Source: Promethearchaeota archaeon (GTDB lineage: Archaea > Asgardarchaeota > Lokiarchaeia > Sigyniarchaeales > SOKP01). From it: 64,000 nucleotides of DNA. Positions within the stretch are counted from its first letter, which is position 1. Every line of letters starts with the position of its first letter. The stretch lies in contig JAEOSU010000050.1 of the NCBI GenBank assembly GCA_016840165.1, positions 1 through 64,000 of the forward strand, in the 5' to 3' direction. Both the position numbers and the translations under genes were made by a program. Positions 30,376 through 40,856 of the stretch are shown here, piece after piece. Below the pieces are notes generated by a model. The model did no database searches. It was not told the origin of the DNA and saw only the letters and a list, made by a program, of their open reading frames with translations.

Positions 30376-31377
30376 TTATTTTTTTATGTAAGGGCTCAGT
30401 ACGTTCTCAGGAATGTGTAAAGCAATCTTACATTCTAATGCTCCATTAATAGCAGTTTTGACTGGTTCAGCCTTAATTGGATGTTCAAGTATTTGATCCC
30501 AATATAATTTATACCACCCTGCGCTGCAATAACAGAAATTGTTTAAGCTGTCATCCACTGTGTTCTCTTTCATCGCTCCACGTACCCATGGGCAATAGCA
30601 CATGTAATAACGCTTCATATTTTCTTCTTGGGAATCTAAAAATTGTTTTACCTGATAGGGTATCTTTTTCACGTATATTGTACTTCCCTCTCTTATTCCA
30701 TGCCCAAACATTTGATCGTTCTTAATAAATTCTATGACATCATCATCTATGTATTGAGCAAATTCTAACGTTCCATTTTCTCTATGCATCTCGAGCCTAT
30801 TAATAAGTTCTTCATGCTTTTTCATTAAAAATCCATCAATACCGAGTTCTTTAAGTTTTTTCTTATCACCGGGAATATCATCAGGAGGTCTTCCATGTAA
30901 ACATGGTGAGAGGAGATTAATTACTTCTTCTGAACCAAATATTTTCTTTGCTCGCTTCATAATGATTTTTGTAAAATCTGGTTTTTTTTCTGGATCTACA
31001 CCTAATGGGGGGATAATTAAATCCTTGAAAACGTTATCTCTTATACTTTCTCCATGAACACTAGCAATTCTCGAATAAAAATTGTCCATAGCATTATATG
31101 ATTCGGAAATATCGATAACATACGTAATCCAATCATAATTTTTCGTATAATTGGCGTAGCTAATGATCGCTCGAAGGAAATCTAGTACTAAATCTTTATC
31201 CTTGGATATTAAATATTCTGTATAGATTATTAACTCATTAGGATTAACGGTATCGAGATTTTTATTATCACTTTTAAGAAAATTATCATAATCATGTAAA
31301 CATGTAATATAGGTTTCAACTACCTTCTCATTAACGTTTTGTTCCCTTAAAAACCTTCTAAAGCCTTTCTCTTCCAT
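30376..31377 (-). CDS. hypothetical protein with C-terminal Cys-rich (DUF6144/V4R-like) domain
   Basis: CYCPW, FCYCSAGW, C-terminal C. Confidence 0.75.
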   Translation of the reverse strand: MEEKGFRRFLREQNVNEKVVETYITCLHDYDNFLKSDNKNLDTVNPNELIIYTEYLISKDKDLVLDFLRAIISYANYTKNYDWITYVIDISESYNAMDNFYSRIASVHGESIRDNVFKDLIIPPLGVDPEKKPDFTKIIMKRAKKIFGSEEVINLLSPCLHGRPPDDIPGDKKKLKELGIDGFLMKKHEELINRLEMHRENGTLEFAQYIDDDVIEFIKNDQMFGHGIREGSTIYVKKIPYQVKQFLDSQEENMKRYYMCYCPWVRGAMKENTVDDSLNNFCYCSAGWYKLYWDQILEHPIKAEPVKTAINGALECKIALHIPENVLSPYIKK

Positions 31378-31538
31378 AGTTTACTTAAAATAAAGTGATC
31401 TCTATTGATGTATATTATTTTTGATCACTTATTAAAAGGTAGCTTAAAAATATTACAATAAATAAGTATTAAAATTGCATAATCATATCAAATAAATTTT
31501 AAAATTAGGGAGATGGAAAAAAAATTATTAGTAGTTAA

Positions 31539-31772
31539 TTATATTACATTCACTACTTGTTTAACTTCAGGGACAAACTGTTTTAGAGCTCGTTCAACAC
31601 CAAAAGTTAATGTCTGTTGGGCATGCATACATCCAGCACAGTGCCCCATCAGCCTTACTCTTACTGTTCCGTCATCCTCAACACTTACCAGCTCTATATC
31701 GCCACCATCCATCTGAAGTTGGGGTCTTATTTTTTCAATTACTTCTTTTACTTTTGCTTTATCCACTTGCAA
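31539..31772 (-). CDS. NifU-C/Nfu Fe-S carrier
   Basis: IRPQLQMDGGDIELV, GHCAGC. Confidence 0.93.
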   Translation of the reverse strand: MQVDKAKVKEVIEKIRPQLQMDGGDIELVSVEDDGTVRVRLMGHCAGCMHAQQTLTFGVERALKQFVPEVKQVVNVI

Positions 31773-31889
31773 TCATCTAATAATATTAATTTCTTATTAA
31801 AGAGAAAAAAATAACATATAAAAACTGTTTGCTAATATTTTATGAACTCCTTGCATGAAGATATTATTTCTGGCAACTCATATATATGA

Positions 31890-32321
31890 ATGACTAATAA
31901 AATAAAAAAACAAAGAATCACTACTTTAATTGATATGTCAGAGGTTTCTTCACAAGAATTTATCAACCAGCTTAATGAAGTACAGGAACTAATGCTTAAG
32001 GAGGATTATAAAAAGGCAATTCTCATATTAGATAAACTAAAAATAATCGAAAAAGAAAATAATTATAATTATAACTTAACTCATAAACTTTATCAGCTTG
32101 ATTCTAATGTACGCTCTCTTTATAATCAACAAGCAATCCTAAAATATATATATAGCCTTTCCACATCGAAAAAAGAGATATCCTTCAAAGAGATAATGGA
32201 TTTGCTGAAAAAGGAAGAGTCTATAGAGATTGATGTAGGCACACTAAAAAGAGAGATTGAGATATTAGTATTACGCTCACTTTTAACATGTAAAGTTGGA
32301 GAAAACAAAATTAACCTATAG
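31890..32321 (+). CDS. helical protein with C-terminal PCI-like winged helix
   Basis: Helical hairpin then ISFKEI...LKREIEILVLRSLLTCKVGENKI. Confidence 0.65.
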   Translation: MTNKIKKQRITTLIDMSEVSSQEFINQLNEVQELMLKEDYKKAILILDKLKIIEKENNYNYNLTHKLYQLDSNVRSLYNQQAILKYIYSLSTSKKEISFKEIMDLLKKEESIEIDVGTLKREIEILVLRSLLTCKVGENKINL

Positions 32322-32449
32322 TTATCTACTCCGTATTTTTCTTTTTTTTAATATAGGTTGCCATTTTCAATTCTAAATTTTGATTCAAAAGTAGAATCTT
32401 ATAAAAAAAATTGCCTTTTTTATATCTATTTATAAAATGATTAGTAATT

Positions 32450-33043
32450 ATGATTCTTGATTGGTTGGAAAAAAAAATTCAACTTAAGATAGTATTTTAT
32501 GGACCCGCATTATCAGGTAAAACAACTTCGATTAAATCACTTTTCAGACACTTTGGAATGGAGGAGGAAATAGAATCTATAGAAAGTTCCGTCCGTCGTA
32601 CCTTATTTTTTGATTATGGACACATTTCCTTTCAAAATGAACAATGGTTACTAAAAATTCACATCTATAGCACCACTGGGCAAGATTTTTATATTGTGAC
32701 CCGTCCGATAACCTTAAAAGGAATCGATGGAATTATTTTTGTTGCAGATTCTCAGAAGAGAGCTTTTGATCGAACTTTAACCTCCTGGAATGAACTCTGT
32801 TCTTTTTACAGAGAGGAGCTCCAACTAATTCCTAAAATAATTGCTTTTAACAAACAAGATTTAGATAACAAATACAATCCGAAACGATTTCTCGATCAAA
32901 TTAATTATTATAAACATAAAAACATAGATATAAAATATACAATTGCGCTTAATGGGGAAGGAATATTAGACTCATTTGAAGATATTTTGAGTTTAATATT
33001 TAAGCAATTATATAAGAATCAGTTAGTATCAGCGATACATTAA
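32450..33043 (+). CDS. MglA-like small GTPase
   Basis: KIVFYGPALSGKTT, RTLFFD, TTGQ, DGIIFVADSQ, NKQD. Confidence 0.9.
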   Translation: MILDWLEKKIQLKIVFYGPALSGKTTSIKSLFRHFGMEEEIESIESSVRRTLFFDYGHISFQNEQWLLKIHIYSTTGQDFYIVTRPITLKGIDGIIFVADSQKRAFDRTLTSWNELCSFYREELQLIPKIIAFNKQDLDNKYNPKRFLDQINYYKHKNIDIKYTIALNGEGILDSFEDILSLIFKQLYKNQLVSAIH

Positions 33044-33067
33044 GTAATTCTATTTTTTATATTATTT

Positions 33068-34570
33068 TTACTTTGAGTTAGTTTTTAGTAAATCGATACT
33101 TTTATTTCGTGATTCTTGTAGCAAAATTTTGAAATTTTTGACCATATCTTCTAAACTGGGAAAATCCGGAATATCGTGTTGACTTAAAAAGCGGGATGTT
33201 TTTTCTACTTCCTTTTTATCGCCAACTAGCCAGAAAAAGAATGGTTTTGGATTGTTTCTAATCTCATCGATTATTCCACTCAAATCATTGAATTGACGAT
33301 ACAATTTTGAGCAAAAAAGCATATTAAAAACGCCTTCTATATTGTTATCTTTAATTAAAGCGTCATAAACCTTAGCAGTAACAAGTTGTGGATTAATATT
33401 ATTCATCATGGCTTTTTCCATGGCAGGCCAAATATCTACTAATGAAAATTTATTCGGTGGCATCCATTCGGGAAATACTTCTAAAAGAACTTTGTAACTC
33501 GGTTCACTCAAGACCGGAAAATCGAGATTATGTTTGTGGGTTAAATCTGCGGTAATAGTTCCTGCTCCACCCGAACCCGCAACCATTGAAACATTCCCAT
33601 TTTTTGGGAAATTTTTCTTAGTTGTATACATCATAGAAAACGTACGAGCATATTGAAATAATTCATGAAAACTATTTGCTTGTATTATGCCCGCTTGCTT
33701 AATAATGGCATTGATTAATCTTTCATTTTCAGCAAGGGTTCCCGTATGACTGTGAGCTGCTTTTTGGCCTAGCTCGGAAACGCCTCCCTTTACTAATATA
33801 ATTGTCTTGTCTCCTTTCTTCTTTACCTTATTACATAAATCAAGAAACTTTCTTGGCTCTTTAAATGATTCTAAATATATTGCAATCACATTTACAGTTG
33901 GATCTTCGATTAAATATTCTAAGAAATCATTCTCTCCCAAGTCCATTTTATTCCCAATCGAGATTGAATATCTAAATCCAATTTTCGGATATGAAGAGAA
34001 TATGTGCATTAAATATCCGCCATTGAGCATACCTGACTGACTAATAATAGCGATATTACCTCTCTGATAATAGGAAAAAACGCCAAAGCTACTGAAAAAC
34101 CCTCCCTTGTTTTCAGATCTACTATCTCCATCTATTCTTGTGAGACCCATACAATTTGGTCCTACAAGACGAATCTTTTTGAAATTATCGGTTATTTCCA
34201 AAATTTCATCCCTGAGTTCGAGACCCATGTCCCCTACTTCTTCAAACCCAGATGCTTCAATAATCGCCCCTTTAATCTGTTTCTCAATACAATCTTTTAA
34301 TAAGCTCGGAATCTTTTGGTTTGGCACATAAAATATCGCAAGATCAACTTCCTCCTTGATGTCTAGTACAGAGGATTTGAATTTCAATCCATATATCTCA
34401 CCATTGCCATTTGGATTTATAGGATGTACCATACCGTTGAATCTATTATTTACTAAGTTATTTACAATTCTATTACCACCTTTTAGTGGATTACTCGAGG
34501 CGCCAATAACTGCTACTGATTTCGGATTTAAAAAGGTGTGAATAATCTCGGAGTTTGACAAATTTTTCAA
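33068..34570 (-). CDS. ADP-forming acyl-CoA synthetase alpha subunit
   Basis: VAVIGAS, GPNCMG, SQSG, GNKMD, AHSHTG (catalytic His), SGGAG. Confidence 0.9.
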   Translation of the reverse strand: MKNLSNSEIIHTFLNPKSVAVIGASSNPLKGGNRIVNNLVNNRFNGMVHPINPNGNGEIYGLKFKSSVLDIKEEVDLAIFYVPNQKIPSLLKDCIEKQIKGAIIEASGFEEVGDMGLELRDEILEITDNFKKIRLVGPNCMGLTRIDGDSRSENKGGFFSSFGVFSYYQRGNIAIISQSGMLNGGYLMHIFSSYPKIGFRYSISIGNKMDLGENDFLEYLIEDPTVNVIAIYLESFKEPRKFLDLCNKVKKKGDKTIILVKGGVSELGQKAAHSHTGTLAENERLINAIIKQAGIIQANSFHELFQYARTFSMMYTTKKNFPKNGNVSMVAGSGGAGTITADLTHKHNLDFPVLSEPSYKVLLEVFPEWMPPNKFSLVDIWPAMEKAMMNNINPQLVTAKVYDALIKDNNIEGVFNMLFCSKLYRQFNDLSGIIDEIRNNPKPFFFWLVGDKKEVEKTSRFLSQHDIPDFPSLEDMVKNFKILLQESRNKSIDLLKTNSK

Positions 34571-34662
34571 CTACTTTAATCAATTCGACGATATTTTAAG
34601 AAATAATTTGCTTTAGAAATAGTTTTCGGTATTGGTTTGAATACTGATAGATAATTCACATT

Positions 34663-35469
34663 CTATACTCGCAGGGTTTGGGGACTGATGGTCCTTGTTT
34701 TCCCTAGCGTTGAAATAAACCAAAGATACATACAATATTTAAGTTTTTTGCCAAATGGTTTTGCAAAATTCATATGCCCCAAATTTCCAGGGAAAAAAAT
34801 CCCTTCTCCATCCGTAAGATCTTTACAAACTGAATTTCCTTCTTCATCTATTAAATATTGGGTAACTGCATATTTATCATCATCAATACAGAAAATATAC
34901 ACTTCGGGGAATTCAGGATGGATGTGGGGAAATATTTCCTTCTCCTCTCTATATGAGGATTCGATATTTACGCTTGTAACAACTCCTTGTTTTAATGCTA
35001 TAGTTGGGATATTTGTGAATCCTGACATAAAATATCCATTTCTAATTGCTGTCCATACAGTTCGGTAAGTTGTCATTCTTCTCTCTGTGCTAAAGTCGCC
35101 TCTGGGAATGAATTTTTCCAAGTTAAAGGTCTGCAATTCAAATTCTGCGCTTACTTTTCCTTTAATATTGCTATAATAAAGACATATCTTATATGGTTCA
35201 TTCGTTTCAGAATTTAACTGAATTGTAATTTTCTGATCGGGAGGTAAGAAAAAAAAATCAAATTGATTCAGCTTTAATACTTTATTTTGATAATTTAATT
35301 CACATTTTCCTTTTAATAAACATCCATTTAATATTTCACTTTCCTTTGTGAAAATATTTAAATCTTCATAGAAATAAAAGTATTGAAGCCTATTAGTGCC
35401 TATATGACGCTCAAGAGCCTCAGATTTGGGGTCTCCAAAATAAAAGTTAATCATTTCATCTTTATTCAT
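34663..35469 (-). CDS. cupin-fold (KduI/IolB-like) protein
   Basis: PHIHPEFPEVY...PGNLGH metal motif. Confidence 0.6.
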   Translation of the reverse strand: MNKDEMINFYFGDPKSEALERHIGTNRLQYFYFYEDLNIFTKESEILNGCLLKGKCELNYQNKVLKLNQFDFFFLPPDQKITIQLNSETNEPYKICLYYSNIKGKVSAEFELQTFNLEKFIPRGDFSTERRMTTYRTVWTAIRNGYFMSGFTNIPTIALKQGVVTSVNIESSYREEKEIFPHIHPEFPEVYIFCIDDDKYAVTQYLIDEEGNSVCKDLTDGEGIFFPGNLGHMNFAKPFGKKLKYCMYLWFISTLGKTRTISPQTLRV

Positions 35470-35533
35470 GGCAATTACTTAATTTAATGCTGTAAAATTA
35501 ATTGATATTTAGAATTTAACTAATAGATAATAA

Positions 35534-36739
35534 TTAAAAGAAATCCGATGAAAGAGGCGATTGGATTCTGATAGATTTCTGAGAATTATCTTCAATGATT
35601 GAAATGAGCGCAGAGATGTTTTGTTTTGAAGGATATTCAACCTCTTTTTCTTCATCGATATCCCATTCTTTAAACCCAGTTAATATGGGAGCTGATTCAA
35701 ATAATGCTTCTTGTAATCCAATTATTTTGACTGTTACTCCTTCGAGTTTACTTTTAGAGATATTTTTAATTCTTAGACGATATTTTTCCATATCGGAATC
35801 AATAGAGATAATTTTATATATTTTTTGAAATTTGGAGGAAACTCCTTCGAATAATGAGGGAGCACTTCCGGGAGCTTTAGAGAATAGGTCAATTTCTTCT
35901 TTTTTATCGCTAATTGGTGAGGGAGTGATGGTAATAGGAATATCAAATTTGATTAATTCTCTTCCTATCTTTGGTTTGGCAAGAACTCGTAAAAACCATT
36001 TAGAATAATCTCCAAAATTAAATCCCCAATTTTCTTTTTCTTTAGGTTCCCATAAATAGTTATGAGTAGGTTCTGCGATTTCAGGGATTTTTAATAAGAG
36101 ATATCCCTTATCAATATCTGAAGTTTTCGCATCTCCTGCAATTGCGGGGGGTAATTCTTCTACTTTTCGGCAATTTTGTCCATACGCCTCGCAATAACAG
36201 ATCACATTTGCCTCTTGTAATAATCTTACTTCGATATTTTTTATAACTTCCGAAGAAAAATTAATTTTAATTGTCTCTCCTGGTTTAAAAATGTCCTTAG
36301 AGATCATTAGATTTAAACCAGACATCGAAAATGAAATGGGATTAGGATTTTTTGTTAGATTTCCTGATTCTTTACTTTTAATAATAATTTCTTGATCTTT
36401 ATGAATTAATAGATCATCTTCTTCAGGATTGAGTGGATGTGGTTGTCGAATAGTGAGTTTGATTTCATAATTAAGATTACGGCTTTTGATTGTAGGGACA
36501 ACATTATTGGCAATTAGTAAAGCTCGATCTCGATAATAATCGCCTGCTTCAAACGTTCCTTTAGAAAAAATTTCATTCTTGGCGATTAGAATCTCTTTCA
36601 AACAAGGAGAATGGGCAAGTAATCGAACACCAGACCATAAAATAGATGTATCCTCCTCAAAATGGAATTTAATCCTAACATTCAGTTTGTCTCCTACATA
36701 GACCGACCCATTATTCAGATCGCTAAGTTCTAATTTCAT
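35534..36739 (-). CDS. arrestin/Vps26-fold protein with extra C-terminal beta domain
   Basis: Two beta-sandwich repeats (VYVGDKL..FEAGDY..VVPT..YEIK; FKPGETI..IPEIAEPT..WFLRV..DIPITI). Confidence 0.65.
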   Translation of the reverse strand: MKLELSDLNNGSVYVGDKLNVRIKFHFEEDTSILWSGVRLLAHSPCLKEILIAKNEIFSKGTFEAGDYYRDRALLIANNVVPTIKSRNLNYEIKLTIRQPHPLNPEEDDLLIHKDQEIIIKSKESGNLTKNPNPISFSMSGLNLMISKDIFKPGETIKINFSSEVIKNIEVRLLQEANVICYCEAYGQNCRKVEELPPAIAGDAKTSDIDKGYLLLKIPEIAEPTHNYLWEPKEKENWGFNFGDYSKWFLRVLAKPKIGRELIKFDIPITITPSPISDKKEEIDLFSKAPGSAPSLFEGVSSKFQKIYKIISIDSDMEKYRLRIKNISKSKLEGVTVKIIGLQEALFESAPILTGFKEWDIDEEKEVEYPSKQNISALISIIEDNSQKSIRIQSPLSSDFF

Positions 36740-36998
36740 ATGTTACAAAACTATTGAAGGGTTGTTATATTTATATTTAATATAGAATTTAATAAATATT
36801 TTTTATAATTGTTTGGCGATTAATTTAATAACTAACTAACTCTTTCTTGAATTATAATAATAATTAAATCAATTAAGGTAAAAGTTTTGATCTACTGATA
36901 TAGTTTAGGGTTTATCTCTAAGATATACAATATTCGAAACCTATAATTTTAATCAAATCTTTTAATTATTAATAGCATTCTATTGTTAACTGATATAA

Positions 36999-37703
36999 GT
37001 GAACTTGAACCATAATATACAGGCAGTTTTATTCGATTTAGATGGTACTTTACTCGAGATAGATTTAAAAAAATTCATCCCAGGATATCTGAAACTCCTA
37101 TCAGAAAGTATTTCTCATCTTATATCACCAAAAAAGGTAATTTCAAAGCTATTGAAAGCTTCTGAAGCAGTAAATAACAATAATGGGACTCAAACTAATG
37201 ATACATTGTTTGCGAAAGTTTTTTTCCCAATTAATGGATACACTCGGGAAGAAATCCAACCATACTTTGATACTTTTTATGAAACTAAATTTGTAGAACT
37301 TAAAAAATTCACTAAAAAGAAAGAAAATGCTCGATCTGTTGTTCAGAAAGTATTCAAGAAAAACCTTAAAGTAGTTGTCGCTACAACACCCGTTCTTCCA
37401 TTAACAGCCATACAACAGCGATTGGATTGGGCGGGAGTGGGAGATTTTAATTACTCATTGATTACTCATATAGAAAATTCACGAGCAAATAAGCCAAATC
37501 TTCTGTATTTTCAGGAAATTATTGATTACTTAGGAATTCCGCCTAAAAATTGTTTGATGGTTGGCGATGAGGCAAAAGATATGGTTGCTGCCAAAATTGG
37601 ATGTCCTACGTTCTTAGTAGAAAGTTCAAACACTGAATTGACTCCAGAAATGCTAAAACCCTCTTATAAGGGAAATTTAGAGGATATTTTGGATCTATTA
37701 TAA
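36999..37703 (+). CDS. HAD-family hydrolase
   Basis: FDLDGTL, KP, MVGD. Confidence 0.92.
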   Translation: MNLNHNIQAVLFDLDGTLLEIDLKKFIPGYLKLLSESISHLISPKKVISKLLKASEAVNNNNGTQTNDTLFAKVFFPINGYTREEIQPYFDTFYETKFVELKKFTKKKENARSVVQKVFKKNLKVVVATTPVLPLTAIQQRLDWAGVGDFNYSLITHIENSRANKPNLLYFQEIIDYLGIPPKNCLMVGDEAKDMVAAKIGCPTFLVESSNTELTPEMLKPSYKGNLEDILDLL

Positions 37704-37726
37704 TTATCATAATCAAATCAATAAAA

Positions 37727-38629
37727 ATGGATTGTACATATTTAGATTCAGGTAATATTGTGCAAGTTTACGAGTTATATAAACAAAATAAGGTTTTATC
37801 CTTAATTCCGTTTGAATATTTTCAAAAAGGAACCTTAGAAGATAGTGATTTCGATCCTGAATTCACATTAATTTGTAAAAAGAAAGATAGTAGTGAGACC
37901 ATTGCAGCCTTTATCGCAATTATTCGATCAACTTCATTAGGAAAAGTTTGCTTCTTGAAAGCTTGTTTAGTGGATAAGACTTTTCAAAGAAAGGGCATTG
38001 GTACAGATTTACTTAATGAATTAATCTCCCGAGTTAGTTCTAAAGGCGTAAATATTATCTCATATGGAGATTCTGTTCCTAATTATTGGCAGCCGGGTGT
38101 AGATTTACGACATACTAGGCTCTACTTTTTTTTAAAAAAGAATAAATTTCGCACTAGAAAAATGCGACAAAATCTTACTGTCAATCTTGAAAACATGGAG
38201 ATACATCCCAGGAAGCACTATAAAGAGTACTTACTCGAAAGAATTCGTAACGAAGATTTTCAAAAATTATTTAATTTTGTAAAAACGAATTTTCCGGAGG
38301 GAAAATGGGCAGAGGAAGTAAAACTTTCCTTTCAAAACGACCCAGCTACCACTTTTATAGCAAAGAATTCTCAAAATAACATAATTGGATGGGCATCACA
38401 TAGCCACTTATTCCCTGGATCTTTCGGGCCTACGGGAGTACTAATACAAATGCGTGGAAAAGGAATAGGTGCTGAATTATTAAAATGGGCTCTATGGGAT
38501 ATTAAAAATAATCATAATAATAAAGCAACGATCATGTGGGTTGTCGGAGACACGGTAAAATATTATTCCAAGGTAATTGGTGCATATATTTCCACGGTTT
38601 TTATTCCAATGACAAGAAAAATATCATAA
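37727..38629 (+). CDS. tandem GNAT acetyltransferase
   Basis: QRKGIG and RGKGIG motif A. Confidence 0.88.
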   Translation: MDCTYLDSGNIVQVYELYKQNKVLSLIPFEYFQKGTLEDSDFDPEFTLICKKKDSSETIAAFIAIIRSTSLGKVCFLKACLVDKTFQRKGIGTDLLNELISRVSSKGVNIISYGDSVPNYWQPGVDLRHTRLYFFLKKNKFRTRKMRQNLTVNLENMEIHPRKHYKEYLLERIRNEDFQKLFNFVKTNFPEGKWAEEVKLSFQNDPATTFIAKNSQNNIIGWASHSHLFPGSFGPTGVLIQMRGKGIGAELLKWALWDIKNNHNNKATIMWVVGDTVKYYSKVIGAYISTVFIPMTRKIS

Positions 38630-39802
38630 TTCTTCATATGGTAAAGGAGGTACCACGCCATCTTTCCAGTGCCCCTGAACGGGATAATTCCACCACTCCT
38701 CAGGAATTTTGGAATACACTCCAAAACGATCTAAACCTTTTTGGAATGCCTTAATGTTTTTTCGGGGGACACCTAAATCCTTGGGAGTATCATAAAAATA
38801 TGCTCCATACCCCCCGTGTTTATTTCCCAGATTTCGTATCATATGCCATACTTCTCTTTCAACTTCATCAGGAGTACCCAGTGTATATATTGACTGAATG
38901 TTCACACAACCCCAGAACATAATTTTTCCGCGATATGTCCCTAAATCAGGATATCCGCTCATTCGTGGACTGTCTAATTCAATTGCATCTAATCCCCACT
39001 CGATTAAGTGAGAGAGTAAAGGATCTATTTTTCCACAGCAGTGGTGATGCACATCCAAACCCAAATCATGAGCACCTTCGATAATAAAGCGATAGGATTC
39101 CTCATGAATACTTTTAAATGTTTTTGGACTGAAATAGGGCCCTGTCTGGGCGCCAAGGTCATCAACCACCCATAATCCATCCGCTTTAATCCCATACTTT
39201 TGAGCATATTTCGCCACATCCACATGATATTCTGCAATAATCTTCAAAGCTTTTTTAAGCTCCTCGGGATGTTTTTTATGATCTACCAAATAATTTTCGA
39301 ATCCTCGCATATTGGAGACCATTTGAGAAGGACCATTGCAATTTAAATGGAGAGTAATATATTTTTCCTCACCAAGATTACCTAATAGCTTTATAGCGGA
39401 CTCATATCGAGTCTTATCACTCGCATCGGGAGAATATTTTGTAAAATAATCCTCAAATTCTTGCCAATTACGAAGAGAAGGTCGTCCTGGATGTCCTTTA
39501 TCCTTATCCTCTCCCTTCAAGTTCCATATACTTCCAAATTCATCAATCTCCTCATGAGGTATCTTTTTCCAATTATTACCTTCATATTCCGGAACTTCTT
39601 TTGCCCATTCGGGACGATCCCAGTCATAAAATCCCCGAATATAAGGAAATAAGCCCTCCTCATTTTCATTCCACCCCGGTTTCCAGTGCTTAGAATGAGT
39701 AATAGGCAATGGAAAAATATCACCACTTACCATATTAAAGACGGGGACTTTATCGGGATCATTAAACGTTAGGGCCGCTTTAACACGTTCTTTTGAATTC
39801 AT
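38624..39802 (-). CDS. uroporphyrinogen decarboxylase/MtaA-like family protein
   Basis: MNSKERV..PDKVP, DDLG, HCCG, GTPDEV. Confidence 0.88.
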   Translation of the reverse strand: MNSKERVKAALTFNDPDKVPVFNMVSGDIFPLPITHSKHWKPGWNENEEGLFPYIRGFYDWDRPEWAKEVPEYEGNNWKKIPHEEIDEFGSIWNLKGEDKDKGHPGRPSLRNWQEFEDYFTKYSPDASDKTRYESAIKLLGNLGEEKYITLHLNCNGPSQMVSNMRGFENYLVDHKKHPEELKKALKIIAEYHVDVAKYAQKYGIKADGLWVVDDLGAQTGPYFSPKTFKSIHEESYRFIIEGAHDLGLDVHHHCCGKIDPLLSHLIEWGLDAIELDSPRMSGYPDLGTYRGKIMFWGCVNIQSIYTLGTPDEVEREVWHMIRNLGNKHGGYGAYFYDTPKDLGVPRKNIKAFQKGLDRFGVYSKIPEEWWNYPVQGHWKDGVVPPLPYEEL

Positions 39803-40019
39803 ATTCTATAATCCAAAATTAACCACATTTTCCTTAGAGAAATACTATGATTGAGTCTATAAAAAATTATGAATTCCATCAAGTTTACTTAAAGTTGTTA
39901 ATGAGAGAGGGGGAGAGAGATCATTGGAAGTAAAAGTGAAAAATGCAATTTAATCATGAATTTTTATTGATTAAAAAAGAAGAAAGGAAATATAAAGTAG
40001 TTTTTGACTGTTAAATATT

Positions 40020-40154
40020 TCAAGGAGTTTTCTTTATACGATGAGTTGACGGATTAGAGACGGTATCTCCATTCTTTTCTAACTTCGATTTGATGCAATC
40101 TTCGCAATATTTTAACCATATTTCAGAACTTTTTTCCGATTTTCGGTCATCCAT
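40020..40154 (-). CDS. possible 44-aa CxxC small protein
   Basis: Not in ORF track: MDDRKSEKSSEIWLKYCEDCIKSKLEKNGDTVSNPSTHRIKKTP*, inside an otherwise 550-nt gap. Confidence 0.35.
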   Translation of the reverse strand: MDDRKSEKSSEIWLKYCEDCIKSKLEKNGDTVSNPSTHRIKKTP

Positions 40155-40356
40155 TTTACATCAAAACGTTATTAATGTAAATTCAAATCACTAACATCAT
40201 TACTCTATTTTAAACTTTTTTAAAACCGATATTTTTACACATATAAGTACGACAAAATACTGGATATACTCTCATTTTACATATTTGAGATCACAATAAT
40301 TTTATTTGTGAGCAATTATCAATGAACAAAGTTTTTATCAATTATTAAAAGCTCTT

Positions 40357-40554
40357 TTATTCCAAATCTTGTTTAATTGTCCCATCAGGAAGCATATTAT
40401 CGGGGTGATATACCCCCTTCTCTTCCATTTGATATCGAATACAATCATGATTGTCGATTAAACAATAATTTTCGACCCATTTTTTATCCAATTTGCCCTT
40501 ATCGACATAATATTTAATCGGGCAGCAATAATACCATTTACAAATTTTTTTCAT
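40357..40554 (-). CDS. small Cys-rich conserved hypothetical protein
   Basis: CKWYYCCP..YC..C.R..HPDNMLPDG. Confidence 0.75.
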   Translation of the reverse strand: MKKICKWYYCCPIKYYVDKGKLDKKWVENYCLIDNHDCIRYQMEEKGVYHPDNMLPDGTIKQDLE

Positions 40555-40856
40555 GAGAGTATAGGAAGAAAAATTCCAAACAATTCTTAAAAATTAGCAT
40601 TTTTCCCCTATACTTATGTTATTAACGTCATAGCAGAATATCATAATTCTTTATTAATGGGTTAATATCTATCAATTTTGATTTTGTTGACATTCAAAAT
40701 TAAGCAAAGAAAAATTACGTATTATTTGAATAATTCTTTTAATTCCCTTGGACTACCACAAAGGATTGCCTATTTTTATCTAAAACAATGGAAACATCAA
40801 AATATTAAAAATAAAAAAAATAAAAAATAGAATTAAAGAAGAGTTCTCGCATATGA

